Positions 30,205 to 42,623 are shown, numbered from the stretch's first letter. The stretch: 64,000 bases of DNA from Flavobacteriales bacterium (GCA_020635355.1 JACJZW010000004.1:129226-193225), one strand, 5' to 3'. Made by a program: numbers and translations. Notes: generated by a model not told the origin, from the sequence alone.

Positions 30205-32999
30205 TGAGCTTCCAGCCAGTTCATACCTTGACCAATATCCACTACGGTAGGAACATTCAACGGCATGGCATGTTCCATTAAGGGCTTCACCAATTCCTTT
30301 AAACGATCCAATTCATCACGATGCACATCAAAGAGCAATTCATCGTGTACCTGTAGGATCATCTTAGACTTGAAATTCTGAACCCGAAGGGCTGTGTCAA
30401 TGTTGATCATGGCCAGCTTGATCATGTCGGCAGCGGAGCCTTGAATGGGCGCATTGATGGCGTTTCGTTCAGCAAAGCCAACTACGGTTCTGTTTTGTGA
30501 GTTGATGTCGCGAATTCTGCGTTTTCGTCCCATGATGGTTTGAACATAACCGTGATCGCGGCAGAAGGAAATCGTGTCGTCCATGTACTGCTTGATACCG
30601 GTAAACTGCTCGAAATAGGCATCGATGAGTTCGCTGGCTTCCCGGCGGGTGATGCCCAGGTTTTGAGATAGACCTGTGGCACCCTGTCCATAGATCAACC
30701 CAAAATTTACACTCTTGGCTTTGTATCGTTGATCTTTGGTAACCTCTTCCGGTTTTACACCAAATACGCGTGCTGCCGTTGCCGTGTGAACATCCTGACC
30801 GGTATTGAACGCTTCGGTCATACCCGGATCCCCACTCATGGAGGCTACAATCCGAAGTTCAATCTGACTGTAATCGGCGGCGAGTAGGATGTGCTCTTCA
30901 TTTCGGGGAATGAAGGCCTTTCGGATTTCCCTTCCACGTTCAGTGCGTACCGGGATGTTCTGAAGATTGGGGTTGTTACTACTCAATCGGCCTGTGGCCG
31001 CAACAGCCTGAGCAAAACTGGTGTGAACCCGATGCGTTTTTGAATCCACCAATTTAGGAATGGCGTCTACATAGGTGCTTTTCAGTTTTTGAACCTGTCT
31101 GAAATCGAGTATGAGTTGGGGCAATTGATGCTGATTGGCCAAGTTGCTCAGAACAGCCTCATCGGTTTTATACTGACCCGTTTTGGTTTTTTTTGCTTTG
31201 GGATCGAGTTTGAGATGATCAAACAACACTTCCCCCAATTGCCGCGGAGAGGCAATGTTAAACCGGACACCGGCCACATCGTAAATCTGCTTTTCCAATT
31301 CCACGGCTTCGCTTCCCAGCTGAACCGAGTATTCGTTCAGAAAATCGACATCCACATTAACGCCTTCCCGTTCCATCCGACCCAATACCGGAATCAATGG
31401 TGCTTCAATCCGATCGTACACTTTACGCAGATCTTCTGATGCCAGCATCGGTTCAAACGTGTTCCGTAATTGTAAGGTGATATCGGCATCTTCAACAGCA
31501 TATTCAGTGGCTTTATCTAATGAAACAGAATCGAAACTGAGCTGATTCTTTCCTTTTTTGCCAATGAGGGACGTGATGGAAATAGGTTGGTACCGCAAGA
31601 ATTTCTCAGCCAGCGTATCCATGTTATGACGCTGATCAGGCTCCAGCAAATAATGCGCAAGCATGGTGTCCAATACCGGCCCTTTTATATCCACGCCATA
31701 ATTCCACAAGATTTGCATATCGTACTTGGCGTTTTGCAGAACCTTTTCAATGGATTCATTCGAGAAGAATGACTCAAACTCCAATAATCGGTTTCGTCTG
31801 TCTTCATGGCTTCCCTCGAAGTTTACATAGTAACCCGAGCCGCTTTCAAAACTGAAGGCGCAACCTAATATCTCAGCATTGAGCGCATCCAGATCAGTGG
31901 TTTCCGTATCAAAGCACACCACGGTTTTACTGAGCAATTGTTGAAGGAGTTCAGCACGACCTGACGCCGTATCTACCAGGGTGTAGGTGTGATCGGTGGT
32001 ATCAATGGTCTTGACCTCGCCAACGGCTTCTTTGACCACCGGGGCTGTGGCAGCCGAACTAGGTGCAAAATCTCCGAACAGGGATTGCTGTCCGCCACTT
32101 ATGGTAAATGAAGGATCTTCGCCGGTGATGCGCTTATACAGCGTTTTAAATTCAATTTCTTCAAAGATTTGCTTGATGGCCTCTTTGTTCGGTTCTTCCA
32201 CAATCAGAGCCTCTTCGTCCAGTTCAACCGGTGCATCTAAAAGAATGGTGGCCAATTTTTTACTGATAAAGGCCTGTTCTTCATGTTCTTCAACCCGTTC
32301 TTTCAGCTTACCTTTCAACTCGTTGGTGTGCTGATAGATGTTCTCAATGGAACCGTATTGTTTAAGCAAATTGCTGGCGGTTTTGGGACCTACTCCCGGA
32401 ATTCCGGGAATGTTATCCACGGCGTCGCCCATCAGCCCGAGATAATCAATGACCTGTTTTACATCGTCTAATCCAAACTTCGCACACACCTCGGCCTTTC
32501 CCCAAATTTCGTGCTCTCCGCCGCCTCGTCCCGGACGCAGCATCAGCACCTTATCGGTCACTAATTGCCCAAAATCCTTATCCGGTGTCATCATGTAGGT
32601 GAGAAACCCTTTCTTTTCTGCCTGAACGGATAGCGTTCCGATTACATCATCAGCTTCATACCCTTCGGCCTCCAGAATGGGAATTCGAAAAGCTTCGATG
32701 ATCCGGCGGATGTATGGTTCGGAAGACTTGATGTCTTCCGGAGTTTCATCTCTGTTGGCTTTGTAGAAATCAAATTCCTGTTTTCGAACATTCTCCGATT
32801 TATGATCAAAAACCACCGCAAGGTGGGTGGGTTTTTGATTTTGGAGAACGTCCAGGAGGGTATTGGTAAATCCAAAGATGGCCGAAGTATTCAAGCCATA
32901 GGAAGTTATTCTTGGATTCTTGATGAACGCGTAGTAGGCCCGAAAAATGAGGGCATATGCGTCCAACAGGTAGAGTTTTTTTTCTGCTGATTCCGTCAT
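30201..32999 (-). CDS. polA: DNA polymerase I
   Basis: 932 aa with 5'-3' exonuclease, 3'-5' exonuclease and polymerase motif regions (RRxAKxxNFGxxYG-like KAKSVNFGLIYG). Confidence 0.9.
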   Translation of the reverse strand: MTESAEKKLYLLDAYALIFRAYYAFIKNPRITSYGLNTSAIFGFTNTLLDVLQNQKPTHLAVVFDHKSENVRKQEFDFYKANRDETPEDIKSSEPYIRRIIEAFRIPILEAEGYEADDVIGTLSVQAEKKGFLTYMMTPDKDFGQLVTDKVLMLRPGRGGGEHEIWGKAEVCAKFGLDDVKQVIDYLGLMGDAVDNIPGIPGVGPKTASNLLKQYGSIENIYQHTNELKGKLKERVEEHEEQAFISKKLATILLDAPVELDEEALIVEEPNKEAIKQIFEEIEFKTLYKRITGEDPSFTISGGQQSLFGDFAPSSAATAPVVKEAVGEVKTIDTTDHTYTLVDTASGRAELLQQLLSKTVVCFDTETTDLDALNAEILGCAFSFESGSGYYVNFEGSHEDRRNRLLEFESFFSNESIEKVLQNAKYDMQILWNYGVDIKGPVLDTMLAHYLLEPDQRHNMDTLAEKFLRYQPISITSLIGKKGKNQLSFDSVSLDKATEYAVEDADITLQLRNTFEPMLASEDLRKVYDRIEAPLIPVLGRMEREGVNVDVDFLNEYSVQLGSEAVELEKQIYDVAGVRFNIASPRQLGEVLFDHLKLDPKAKKTKTGQYKTDEAVLSNLANQHQLPQLILDFRQVQKLKSTYVDAIPKLVDSKTHRVHTSFAQAVAATGRLSSNNPNLQNIPVRTERGREIRKAFIPRNEEHILLAADYSQIELRIVASMSGDPGMTEAFNTGQDVHTATAARVFGVKPEEVTKDQRYKAKSVNFGLIYGQGATGLSQNLGITRREASELIDAYFEQFTGIKQYMDDTISFCRDHGYVQTIMGRKRRIRDINSQNRTVVGFAERNAINAPIQGSAADMIKLAMINIDTALRVQNFKSKMILQVHDELLFDVHRDELDRLKELVKPLMEHAMPLNVPTVVDIGQGMNWLEAH

Positions 33000-33117
33000 A
33001 ATAAAGGGAGGTAAAAGTACACATACAGGGTCAGGTGGTCAAACAAGATGTCGATCAAAATCTTGTCTTTGTGCCAAACGTGACTGAACTCCCACCGTAC
33101 GCGCTAATTTTGTTTCG

Positions 33118-34452
33118 ATGAATAAAACCATACGAATCGTAAATGCCCTCATTATCAATGAAGGCCGAGAAATTGAAGGAGAGGTCCGACTTTCCAACGG
33201 ACGAATTGATCAGGTTGGGACCACCGTAAACGATGCCGACGAGACCATTGACGCCGGAGGAAAAATCCTCATGCCCGGCGTGATTGATGATCAGGTCCAT
33301 TTTCGTGAACCGGGCCTCACACACAAGGCTACCATCGCAACAGAATCTCGTGCCGCAGTGGCCGGAGGTACCACGTCGTTCATGGAGATGCCCAATACGG
33401 TTCCCCAGGCGGTTACCCAGGAGCTTTTAGCCGATAAGTATGTTATTGGTCAGCATTCATCACTGGCCAATTACTCCTTTTTTATGGGTGCCACCAACAA
33501 CAACCTGGATGAGATTCTAAAGACCGATCCCAAATCGGTTTGTGGCGTTAAGATATTCATGGGATCCAGTACCGGGGACATGCTGGTAGACAATGACCAA
33601 ACACTCAACAACGTGTTCGCAAATTGTCCCATGCTCATTGCCTTGCACTGTGAAGACGAGCAAACCATTCGTGACAATATGGAGCGAGCCATCCAACAGT
33701 ATGGTGAGGATATTCCGATGTCTCAACATCCGGTTATCCGGAGCCGGGAAGCCTGTTATTTGTCTTCATCCAAGGCTGTGGAGCTGGCGAAAAAGCACGG
33801 AACACGTATCCACGTATTACATATCAGCACCGCGGAAGAACTGGCACTTTTTGAAGCAAACCGGGATCCGTCCAACAAGCGCATTACATCAGAGGTATGC
33901 GTGCATCACCTGAGCTTTGATGCGTCGCAGTACGACGCACTTGGAAGTAAAATTAAGTGCAATCCGGCCATCAAGTCCAAAACGGATCAGGATGCATTAT
34001 GGCAGGGATTGCGCGATGGCAGGCTCGATGTCATTGCCACGGATCATGCTCCTCATACCTGGGAGGAGAAGTCCAACAAATATGCCAAGGCACCTTCTGG
34101 TTTGCCTCTGGTACAACACAGTTTGCAGATGATATTGGATGCCTCGCGCTCAGGTAAAATTGATCGTACGGATGTGGTTGATCGGATGTGTCATAAGCCG
34201 GCAGAGCTTTTTGCCGTTGATCAACGCGGATTTATCCGCGAAGGATATTGGGCTGATCTGGTCTTAGTTGATCCAACTACACCCTACCGGGTGAGTTCAT
34301 CCAATCTCCTGTACAAGTGTGGCTGGTCGCCCATCGAGGGACATGAATTCGGACATACCATCACCCACACCTTTGTGAACGGTCATTTGGCATTTCACAA
34401 TGGACGATTAGACGATTCGGTACTGGGAAAACGATTGACGTTCAACCGATGA
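33118..34452 (+). CDS. pyrC: dihydroorotase (cyclic amidohydrolase family)
   Basis: 444 aa with metal-binding H-x-H region (DDQVHFREPGL) and other amidohydrolase motifs. Confidence 0.75.
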   Translation: MNKTIRIVNALIINEGREIEGEVRLSNGRIDQVGTTVNDADETIDAGGKILMPGVIDDQVHFREPGLTHKATIATESRAAVAGGTTSFMEMPNTVPQAVTQELLADKYVIGQHSSLANYSFFMGATNNNLDEILKTDPKSVCGVKIFMGSSTGDMLVDNDQTLNNVFANCPMLIALHCEDEQTIRDNMERAIQQYGEDIPMSQHPVIRSREACYLSSSKAVELAKKHGTRIHVLHISTAEELALFEANRDPSNKRITSEVCVHHLSFDASQYDALGSKIKCNPAIKSKTDQDALWQGLRDGRLDVIATDHAPHTWEEKSNKYAKAPSGLPLVQHSLQMILDASRSGKIDRTDVVDRMCHKPAELFAVDQRGFIREGYWADLVLVDPTTPYRVSSSNLLYKCGWSPIEGHEFGHTITHTFVNGHLAFHNGRLDDSVLGKRLTFNR

Positions 34453-36050
34453 GATTTCAATTAACCATGTTGAGTTTTTGGCTCATCGGGCAGGTAGTGG
34501 CTCAGGTTGAGGTGCAGGTGAATCATACCGGAAATGCCAACTACCCCAATGAACCTACCATTTGTATTGACCGGCAAAATCCACTAAACATTACCGTTGG
34601 GGCCAACATCAACAACCACTATGTTAGTGATGATGGTGGAAGAACGTGGTCCGACAGCCTTTTTACCAGTAAGTACGGGGTGTATGGCGATCCGGTATTG
34701 CAGTCCACCAGTTATGGCGGCATAACCCTATTGGCTCATTTGGCGTTCAATACGGAGAAATCCATCAAGGCCAAAAACTATGACTTTATCGATCGCATCG
34801 TGGTTCAACGATCCAAGGATGGTGGTAAGTCGTTTGATGATGGAAACTACGCCGGACTCAATGGAGATCGGATGCAGGATAAGCCCTGGATCACCGTAGA
34901 CGAGTCGATTTTTTATGGGCAAACGTATCTCACGTGGACCGAGTTTGATAAACTCGGCAGTAAACGAAAGAAGTATAAGAGCCGCATCCGCTGTGCGGTA
35001 TCTCCTAATCTGGGCGAAACCTGGGGCACGGCCATCACCATTTCAGATTCTACCGGCGATTGTGTGGATGATGATCATACCCTGGAAGGCGCCACCACGG
35101 CTGTTGGAGCGGATGGCGAAGTATATTGTGCCTGGGCTGGTCATCATAAAATATGGTTCGACAAAAGTTCAGACCGGGGAGTGACCTGGGGAACCGATAA
35201 GGTGATTGCACAACAATATGCCGGTTGGGCCATGGATGTGGAACACGTGTATCGAACCAACGGCATGCCCTTTCTGCTGAGTGACCTTTCCCATGGAAAG
35301 TTTCACGGACGATTGTATTTGGTCTATGGTGATCGGGTTGGGGAAGATGCCAATATCTACCTCATCCATTCCGATGATAAGGGATCCACCTGGAGCAAGC
35401 CGGTGATTGTTCACCAGGGATCGCGGGGTGGTGGTAAGGAGCAGTACATGCCCAATATGGCCATTGATCAGAGTGACGGCACCTTGGCAGTAGTCTATTA
35501 TGACCGAAGGAATGTAATCAACAACGCCTTTTCGGACGTGTATATGTCGGTCTCCCGCGATGGAGGAGAAACCTTTCAGGATGTACGGCTCAATTCACTG
35601 ATCACGGCATCCCACGGAGCTGGAACATTCTCAGGTGATTACATTGACATTGATATGTATCAAGGTAAGGTTGCGGTTGTGTGGGCATCGTATGACGAAT
35701 ATCAAAAGATCTTTACCCGGGTAGGAAGCCTGGAGGAGGTGATGCAGGAACCCAACTGGTTGCCAAATCAATTCTGTTTTGAAACGGTGGTTGAGGGGAA
35801 CACTATGCACATGTACATGCGAACAACCCAACCGCTTGAAATAGGATATGGCTATTCAAAACGCATCTTTCCGTTCGGAAGAAGGACCGTGGTAAAAACG
35901 GTGCAGGTTCTCTGTGCCGATGACGGAACAGCCACGAATGATGTTCATCAACAATGGCCAATGCGGGCCCGATTTGACCAGGCGCTGATTGTTCGCAACG
36001 GTGACCGGATTGTCTTTCAACGCACAGAGGTAAACAACAAACGCAAGTAA
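34449..36050 (+). CDS. BNR/Asp-box repeat protein, sialidase-like glycoside hydrolase
   Basis: Signal peptide and at least five Asp-boxes (SDDGGRTWS, SKDGGKSF, SDRGVTWG, SDDKGSTWS, SRDGGETF). The start overlaps the pyrC stop (ATGA). Confidence 0.75.
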   Translation: MRFQLTMLSFWLIGQVVAQVEVQVNHTGNANYPNEPTICIDRQNPLNITVGANINNHYVSDDGGRTWSDSLFTSKYGVYGDPVLQSTSYGGITLLAHLAFNTEKSIKAKNYDFIDRIVVQRSKDGGKSFDDGNYAGLNGDRMQDKPWITVDESIFYGQTYLTWTEFDKLGSKRKKYKSRIRCAVSPNLGETWGTAITISDSTGDCVDDDHTLEGATTAVGADGEVYCAWAGHHKIWFDKSSDRGVTWGTDKVIAQQYAGWAMDVEHVYRTNGMPFLLSDLSHGKFHGRLYLVYGDRVGEDANIYLIHSDDKGSTWSKPVIVHQGSRGGGKEQYMPNMAIDQSDGTLAVVYYDRRNVINNAFSDVYMSVSRDGGETFQDVRLNSLITASHGAGTFSGDYIDIDMYQGKVAVVWASYDEYQKIFTRVGSLEEVMQEPNWLPNQFCFETVVEGNTMHMYMRTTQPLEIGYGYSKRIFPFGRRTVVKTVQVLCADDGTATNDVHQQWPMRARFDQALIVRNGDRIVFQRTEVNNKRK

Positions 36051-36207
36051 CCGTTTGTAAATCAGGAGTTTGCGATAAAGGAAAAAGCACATTTCCCTTC
36101 TGTGGGATTAACCGCTCAAAGCATTGATTTTTAGTGTATAAAACCCGTATTTTGCGGACTATTTTAACAAAATGGCAGCGAATAAGAACGAAGAAACCGG
36201 AGTGATC

Positions 36208-38304
36208 ATGAAGATCCAAAAACAATCAGGCTGTTTGCTGATTGTAATTGGAGCTGCGATGTTGGCCTTTGTATTAACAGACTTACTGAAAAGCGGTCCT
36301 TCCGTTTTCAGTGGAAGTCAAAATGTGATCGGCGAAATTGCCGGTGATAAAGTATCCTATGAGGAATATTCCAATAAGGTGGAAGACCTGAAGGCATTCT
36401 ATCAGGGAGATCTTGGTGGATCGGGCGACGAAAGTCAATTCCGGGAAATGGCCTGGAATCAAATGATTCAGGATAAGATCATCAAACGGGAGCATCAACT
36501 CCTCGGTATTCAGGTAGGACCTGAGGAATTCAAGGATATTACAACCGGAGCACATCCGGATCCAAGTATTATTCAGGCATTCCAGGATCAGGAAACCAAA
36601 GAATTTAACCGCAATCAACTGATCAACTTCCTCGAAGTACAAATGCAGGAGGATGAGCGCAAATACCGTATTTGGTACAACTACTATGAAATGCCTTTGC
36701 GTGAGCGTACCGAAGGAACCAAGTACGACAAGATGGTGAAATCCGGTGTGTATGTAACCAAGCTGGATGCCAACTACGACTTGAAACGTGAACAATATGA
36801 GGTTGCCGGTGAGGCGGTTGGTTTGTCATACGCTAGTGTTAGCGATTCATCCATCACCTATACGGATGATGATTTGAAAGCCTATATCCGCGAGCATGCC
36901 GATCGGTACGATCAGGTAGCATCACGTGACATCGACTTTGTGGTGATCAATGTATTGCCAAAAGCGGAGGATACGTTGGAAGCTAAAAAATGGGCAGAAG
37001 GATTCGTTGACAAATTCAAGAACGCCAAACGCGATAGCAACTTCGTGATGATCAATCGTTCATCTACTCCGTTTGATGCCAACTTCAAACCTCGTGGATC
37101 ATTCCCACCGGTTGTTGAAGATCAACTTTTTGCAGCCGATACCGGCACAGTGATTGGCCCAATCTTCCAGGAAGGAACCTATAGCCTGTACAAGGTAACA
37201 GCCATCAAAAATGATTCAGTAGGTCGCATCAAGGCACGTCACGTGTTGATTCCGTTGACCGAAATTGAGAACGATGCCGATGGTTTAACCAAAGGAAATA
37301 AATTGATGGCCGAGTTGCGATCCGGAGCGAAAGACTTTAATGAGCAAGCCCGAAGCAACTACGATGGAACCGGCGGAACCAATGGTGATTTGGGCTGGAT
37401 TTCAGAAGAAGGCTACACCAGTGTTCCAAGCGAATTGCGCGACAAATTATTCGAGCATCGCACAGGCGATTGGTTCGTACTCAAAACCTCCCGAGGTGTT
37501 CACGTGGTGAATGTGACCGAAGGCCCAAGCTTTAAAACCATTCAGGTTGCTGTTATGAGCCGAAGCATTACACCAGGTACCAAAGCCGATCAGGAAGCTG
37601 TTCGACTGGCAGCCGACATTCAATATCAAGCTCAGGAAAACGAAGATTTCATGGCCGTTGTAGAAGGTCTGGGTCAGCGGGTACGTGAAGCCACCAAGAT
37701 TCGCGTTCAAAACCCGAGCATTCCGGGTATCCAGGATCCAAAGGATATCATCCGATGGCTGTACGACGACAAAACGGCTGAGGGTAGTGTCTCTGACGTA
37801 ATTGATTTACAGGATCGATATGTAGTGGCAAAATGTCGGGTGGTTCGTGAAAAAGGAACGGCTAAACTCAACGATGTACGAGATGGAGTGATCACGGATT
37901 ACATCCAGACTAAAAAAGCAGAACAGTTGATTGATCAACTCAATGCTGAACTAGCCAAGAATTCGGATGCTGAAACGGTTGCCAAGAATTTGAACACCGC
38001 GGTACGTGTTATCCCAACGGTATCCATGTCGTCTCCTCAGGTTACAGGAATTGGACCGGAACCAAAGGTCCAAGGTGTGCTGCTCGGTTTGAAAGACGGT
38101 CAGCGATCTGAGCCTATTGAAGGAGGAACAGGCGTATACGTGGTATGGAATAAAGGTCAGGTGAAAACAGAAGGTCACGACGGTACCGTTGATGAACGAC
38201 TTACCTTCCTTCGAGCTAATTCCGATCAGATGGTAGATGCCACGGTGTTGGAGGCTCTCCGATCCAAAGGTGAAATCGTAGATAACCGATACAAATTCTA
38301 TTGA
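36208..38304 (+). CDS. SurA/PpiD-like periplasmic peptidyl-prolyl cis-trans isomerase (parvulin domain)
   Basis: N-terminal membrane/signal anchor MKIQKQSGCLLIVIGAAMLAFVL, a long chaperone-like region and a PpiC-type domain. Confidence 0.7.
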   Translation: MKIQKQSGCLLIVIGAAMLAFVLTDLLKSGPSVFSGSQNVIGEIAGDKVSYEEYSNKVEDLKAFYQGDLGGSGDESQFREMAWNQMIQDKIIKREHQLLGIQVGPEEFKDITTGAHPDPSIIQAFQDQETKEFNRNQLINFLEVQMQEDERKYRIWYNYYEMPLRERTEGTKYDKMVKSGVYVTKLDANYDLKREQYEVAGEAVGLSYASVSDSSITYTDDDLKAYIREHADRYDQVASRDIDFVVINVLPKAEDTLEAKKWAEGFVDKFKNAKRDSNFVMINRSSTPFDANFKPRGSFPPVVEDQLFAADTGTVIGPIFQEGTYSLYKVTAIKNDSVGRIKARHVLIPLTEIENDADGLTKGNKLMAELRSGAKDFNEQARSNYDGTGGTNGDLGWISEEGYTSVPSELRDKLFEHRTGDWFVLKTSRGVHVVNVTEGPSFKTIQVAVMSRSITPGTKADQEAVRLAADIQYQAQENEDFMAVVEGLGQRVREATKIRVQNPSIPGIQDPKDIIRWLYDDKTAEGSVSDVIDLQDRYVVAKCRVVREKGTAKLNDVRDGVITDYIQTKKAEQLIDQLNAELAKNSDAETVAKNLNTAVRVIPTVSMSSPQVTGIGPEPKVQGVLLGLKDGQRSEPIEGGTGVYVVWNKGQVKTEGHDGTVDERLTFLRANSDQMVDATVLEALRSKGEIVDNRYKFY

Positions 38305-38325
38305 TTCATCTCACTTAAGATGTAG

Positions 38326-38360
38326 AAACCGCCGAATATTTCATTCGGCGGTTTTTTTTT
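38326..38360 (+). terminator. rho-independent terminator
   Basis: AACCGCCGAAT-atttc-ATTCGGCGGTT followed by TTTTTTTTT. Confidence 0.7.
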
Positions 38361-38365
38361 GCAGT

Positions 38366-39100
38366 ATGAACGAGGTCATACTACTACACGGTTTTTGTGA
38401 AAACCATTCCATCTGGGATCCAGTGAAGGATGTCTTAGACGCCTACTCGGTAAATGCGTTTGATCTTCCCGGATTTGGTACCAACGAAACGGTTATCGAA
38501 ACGATGGATGACCTCGCGGATGATGTGATCCGGCAAATGGATCAGGCAAAGATTACTGCCGCCTGTGTGATTGGACACTCGATGGGCGGATATGTGGCTT
38601 TGAATCTGTTAAAGCGATACCCGCACCGATTAACCGGATTGGGTTTATTCCATTCAACAGCCTATTCCGATTCAACGGAGCGAAAGGAAGCTCGCAACCG
38701 GGCAATTGAGCACATCACTCAGTATGGTGCCGATGGGTATTTAAAAGAAATGGCTTCCAATCTGATATGGATCAATCATCCGGAACATGATGATCTGGCG
38801 AGCCGGGTACATGAGTTGATAAAAAATGAGCGCTCGGAAGGTTTGATCCAGGCACTCAAAGCCATGCGAGATCGGTCAGCCGAAACGGAGGTCCTGCAAC
38901 AAACCGAATTGCCTGTATTGATGGTTGCGGGCTTTCACGATACGTTCATACCGTGGAAGGATATGTTTACGCAGGCTTCCCAATGCCGTCAGGTCATGCT
39001 ACACCGCATGAATCATTGCGGCCATCTCGGACCATTTGAAGCGGTCTCTGAAAGTCGTCAGATACTCCTGGAATTTGTGAACTGGGTTTACCAGCGTTGA
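38366..39100 (+). CDS. alpha/beta-fold hydrolase
   Basis: 244 aa with a GHSMGG nucleophile elbow. Confidence 0.7.
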   Translation: MNEVILLHGFCENHSIWDPVKDVLDAYSVNAFDLPGFGTNETVIETMDDLADDVIRQMDQAKITAACVIGHSMGGYVALNLLKRYPHRLTGLGLFHSTAYSDSTERKEARNRAIEHITQYGADGYLKEMASNLIWINHPEHDDLASRVHELIKNERSEGLIQALKAMRDRSAETEVLQQTELPVLMVAGFHDTFIPWKDMFTQASQCRQVMLHRMNHCGHLGPFEAVSESRQILLEFVNWVYQR

Positions 39101-41200
39101 TTATTCCTCCTTATCTGAGGTGTCTTCTTCGGCTGATTCCTTCTGTTCTGTTTCGATGATTTCAGCTTCCTGAACATCGGCAACAGGTTCAACGTGGGTA
39201 CCGTTACCATTCACGAAATCGTCGTAGGTGGTTTTCTGCTCAAACGGTCGTTTACCGATTAATCGTTCCAAATCCGACTGGAAGATGATCTCTTTCTGAA
39301 GCAATTCCTGAGCGATTGTCTCCAGCTGTTCGCGCTTCTCTTCAATCAGTTTTTTGGTACGCTCATAGGCATCGGCGATGAGCTTTCGTACTTCCTGATC
39401 AATCAGTTCAGCGGTTTCATCTGAGTAGGGTTTTTGGAAGCCGTATTCGTTTTGTGGATCGTGGAAAGACACATTACCCACCTTCTCGTTCATGCCGTAC
39501 ATGGTTACCATGGCATACGCCATTTTGGTAATTCGTTCGAGATCGTTTTGAGCACCAGTGGAGATTTTACCAAAGAAAACTTCTTCTGCGGCGCGTCCAC
39601 CCAGGGTCATGCACATGGCATCGATCAACTGCTCGGTGCGATACAAGTATTGTTCTTTAGGGAGATATTGGGCGTAACCCAATGCCGCCACCCCACGTGG
39701 AACGATGGATACCTTCACCAACGGATCGGCGTGTTCCAGGAACCAGCCAACAATGGCATGCCCCGCTTCGTGATAGGCAACAATTTTCTTTTCCTCCGGG
39801 GAGATGAGTTTATTCTTTTTCTCCAGACCTCCGATCACCCGATCAATGGCATCCTGGAAGTCCTGCATCTCCACTTTTTGCTTGTTCTTACGAGCGGCAA
39901 TCAAGGCTGCTTCGTTACATACGTTGGCAATTTCTGCACCGGCAAAACCAGGTGTTTGAGCAGCGAGTTTTTTAGGATCAACGTCATCATCCAGCTTCGT
40001 GAGGGGAGCCAAATGCACATTGAAGATTTGCTCGCGACCAATGATATCCGGTTTGTCGATGGAGATCTGACGGTCAAACCGACCGGGACGCAACAAGGCC
40101 GAATCCAGAATATCCGGACGATTGGTGGCCGCCAGTATGATGACACCGGTATCGGTTCCAAAACCATCCATTTCGGTGAGCAATTGATTCAGCGTATTCT
40201 CACGCTCATCATTGGCACCTTGCATGGCATTTCGTCCTCGCGCCCTTCCAATTGCATCAATCTCATCAATAAAGATGATACATGGAGCCTTTTCCTTGGC
40301 TTGTTTAAAGAGGTCACGAACCCGGGATGCTCCAACGCCTACAAACATTTCAACGAAGTCGCTACCGGAGAGTGAGAAGAAAGGTACACTAGCCTCACCG
40401 GCTACGGCCTTGGCCAACAACGTTTTACCCGTACCTGGAGGGCCTACCAATAAGGCGCCTTTTGGAATCTTACCACCCAGATCGGTGTATTTCTTTGGAT
40501 TTTTTAGGAAGTCAACAATTTCCATGACTTCTATTTTGGCCTCTTCCAGACCAGCCACATCGGCGAACGTAACGTTCACCTTCGTGTCCTTATCAAAGAG
40601 TTGCGCCCGCGACTTTCCGATGCTGAAGATTTGTCCGGCACCACCACCGGATGGTCCGCCCATGCGGCGCATCATCAGGTACCAAAAACCAAAGATCAAC
40701 GCGAAGATGAAGATCCAGTTCAGGATCCCATCGTATTGGGGTTCGGTTCGTGCGGTGACAAAAACCACCCCGGAAGTCCGGTCTTTTTGCGCTTCAGCAA
40801 CTTGTTTGGAGAACTCATCGTAGCTCCCAATGTCGTCCATCACGTATGAATAACCATCGGTAGACAACGACCAAAACCCACGTTCCTGAGCTTTTTGCTT
40901 ATGTTTTTGAAGTGTTTTGGCGGTATCGGTAAGATAGATGTAGGCCTTTTCGCGATTGATTACTTCAATGCTTTTTACCTCACCATTTTTAAGCATCTCA
41001 TGCAATTCTCCCATAGTTGGGCCTTTGGCATCACTGCCAGGCAAGAGAAAAACGCTAAGAAAGAACGCGCCAATGATGAAGTAGATCCAATAAAAATTAA
41101 AGCGAGGCAGGTTGCTTCTGTTTTTCGGGTCTTTTTCAGATGACCCGTCTCCTCCTTTTTTGTAAACGACTTTAGGCCGTTTGTTTTCGTTTTCTGACAT
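39101..41200 (-). CDS. ftsH: ATP-dependent zinc metalloprotease FtsH
   Basis: AAA+ motifs ([13 protein letters not shown]) and the HEAGHA zinc site. Confidence 0.9.
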   Translation of the reverse strand: MSENENKRPKVVYKKGGDGSSEKDPKNRSNLPRFNFYWIYFIIGAFFLSVFLLPGSDAKGPTMGELHEMLKNGEVKSIEVINREKAYIYLTDTAKTLQKHKQKAQERGFWSLSTDGYSYVMDDIGSYDEFSKQVAEAQKDRTSGVVFVTARTEPQYDGILNWIFIFALIFGFWYLMMRRMGGPSGGGAGQIFSIGKSRAQLFDKDTKVNVTFADVAGLEEAKIEVMEIVDFLKNPKKYTDLGGKIPKGALLVGPPGTGKTLLAKAVAGEASVPFFSLSGSDFVEMFVGVGASRVRDLFKQAKEKAPCIIFIDEIDAIGRARGRNAMQGANDERENTLNQLLTEMDGFGTDTGVIILAATNRPDILDSALLRPGRFDRQISIDKPDIIGREQIFNVHLAPLTKLDDDVDPKKLAAQTPGFAGAEIANVCNEAALIAARKNKQKVEMQDFQDAIDRVIGGLEKKNKLISPEEKKIVAYHEAGHAIVGWFLEHADPLVKVSIVPRGVAALGYAQYLPKEQYLYRTEQLIDAMCMTLGGRAAEEVFFGKISTGAQNDLERITKMAYAMVTMYGMNEKVGNVSFHDPQNEYGFQKPYSDETAELIDQEVRKLIADAYERTKKLIEEKREQLETIAQELLQKEIIFQSDLERLIGKRPFEQKTTYDDFVNGNGTHVEPVADVQEAEIIETEQKESAEEDTSDKEE

Positions 41201-41432
41201 AATGTTTGAGTGCAGTGCGTCAAAACTGCCTACATTTCGCGCAAGACGGCAAAAGTAGCCTTTTTTGACGTCAACTTTCAGTAAACGGAATACGGCTGGT
41301 TAAGTTCATCTGCCGGTGAAAAATTAGTGCTATTTTGATCGATTCCAAGGCAGGACTCATCGGAACAAAAGCTCCTGCCAAACTCGTTTGCCCTGATGGA
41401 ATTCGCCTAATTTTGCCCGAAACACATTTGAC

Positions 41433-42623
41433 ATGTACGATACCCTCAAACCCATTTTGGTCAAGGAACTTGAGAACATCAAGGAATCAGGCCTATACAA
41501 GAACGAACGCATAATTGCCACCCCACAGGGAGCAGACATTCGGCTGGAAGATGGTCGGGAAGTAATCAACTTCTGCGCGAACAACTACCTGGGATTATCC
41601 TCCCACCCACGAGTTGTTGAAGCTGCAAAAGCCGCCATTGATTCCCATGGTTATGGATTGTCGTCTGTACGATTCATTTGTGGCACACAGGATATTCACA
41701 AAACATTGGAAGCCAAAATTGCTGAGTTTTTGGGTACGGAAGATACCATTCTCTATGCGGCTGCCTTCGACGCCAACGGCGGTGTTTTTGAACCCATTCT
41801 GGGTCCGGATGATGCCATCATTTCGGATGCGCTCAATCATGCGTCCATCATTGACGGTGTGCGCTTGTGTAAAGCCAAACGTTTTCGCTATGAGCACAAT
41901 GATATGGCAGATCTGGAGCGATGTCTTCAGGAAAGTCAGGATTGCACCAATCGGATCATTGTAACGGATGGGGTGTTCTCCATGGACGGCACCATTGCTC
42001 AATTGGATAAGATTTGTGATCTGGCCGATCAGTATAAGGCCTTGGTGATGATTGATGAATGTCATGCCAGCGGATTTATGGGTAAAACGGGTCGTGGGAC
42101 GCATGAGTATCGAAACGTGATGGGTCGCATCGATATCATTACCGGAACCCTGGGTAAAGCCTTAGGCGGAGCCTCTGGTGGATTTACCTCTGGACGAAAG
42201 GAAATCATCGACATGCTGCGTCAACGGAGTCGGCCGTATTTGTTCTCCAATACCGTGGCACCATCCATTGTTGGAGCGTCCATTGCGGTGTTGGATATGT
42301 TGAGTGAAACAACGGATTTGCGCGATAAGCTTGAGGAGAATACAACGTATTTCCGCGCACAGATGACAGCGGCCGGATTTGATATAAAACCCGGCGTCCA
42401 CCCGATTGTCCCCATTATGCTGTACGATGCCAAACTCTCTCAGGATTTTGCTTCTATGCTGCTTGACGAGGGCATTTATGTGATTGGATTCTACTTCCCG
42501 GTTGTACCGCAGGGGCAAGCCCGAATTCGCGTTCAGGTTTCTGCCGGGCATGATCGTCATCATCTCGATAAAGCCATTGCCGCCTTTACCAAGGTGGGTC
42601 GGGCACTAAAGGTGATTGACTGA
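41433..42623 (+). CDS. kbl: glycine C-acetyltransferase (2-amino-3-ketobutyrate CoA ligase)
   Basis: 396 aa; the N-terminal region ...[16 protein letters not shown] is typical of Kbl/BioF-class PLP enzymes. Confidence 0.75.
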   Translation: MYDTLKPILVKELENIKESGLYKNERIIATPQGADIRLEDGREVINFCANNYLGLSSHPRVVEAAKAAIDSHGYGLSSVRFICGTQDIHKTLEAKIAEFLGTEDTILYAAAFDANGGVFEPILGPDDAIISDALNHASIIDGVRLCKAKRFRYEHNDMADLERCLQESQDCTNRIIVTDGVFSMDGTIAQLDKICDLADQYKALVMIDECHASGFMGKTGRGTHEYRNVMGRIDIITGTLGKALGGASGGFTSGRKEIIDMLRQRSRPYLFSNTVAPSIVGASIAVLDMLSETTDLRDKLEENTTYFRAQMTAAGFDIKPGVHPIVPIMLYDAKLSQDFASMLLDEGIYVIGFYFPVVPQGQARIRVQVSAGHDRHHLDKAIAAFTKVGRALKVID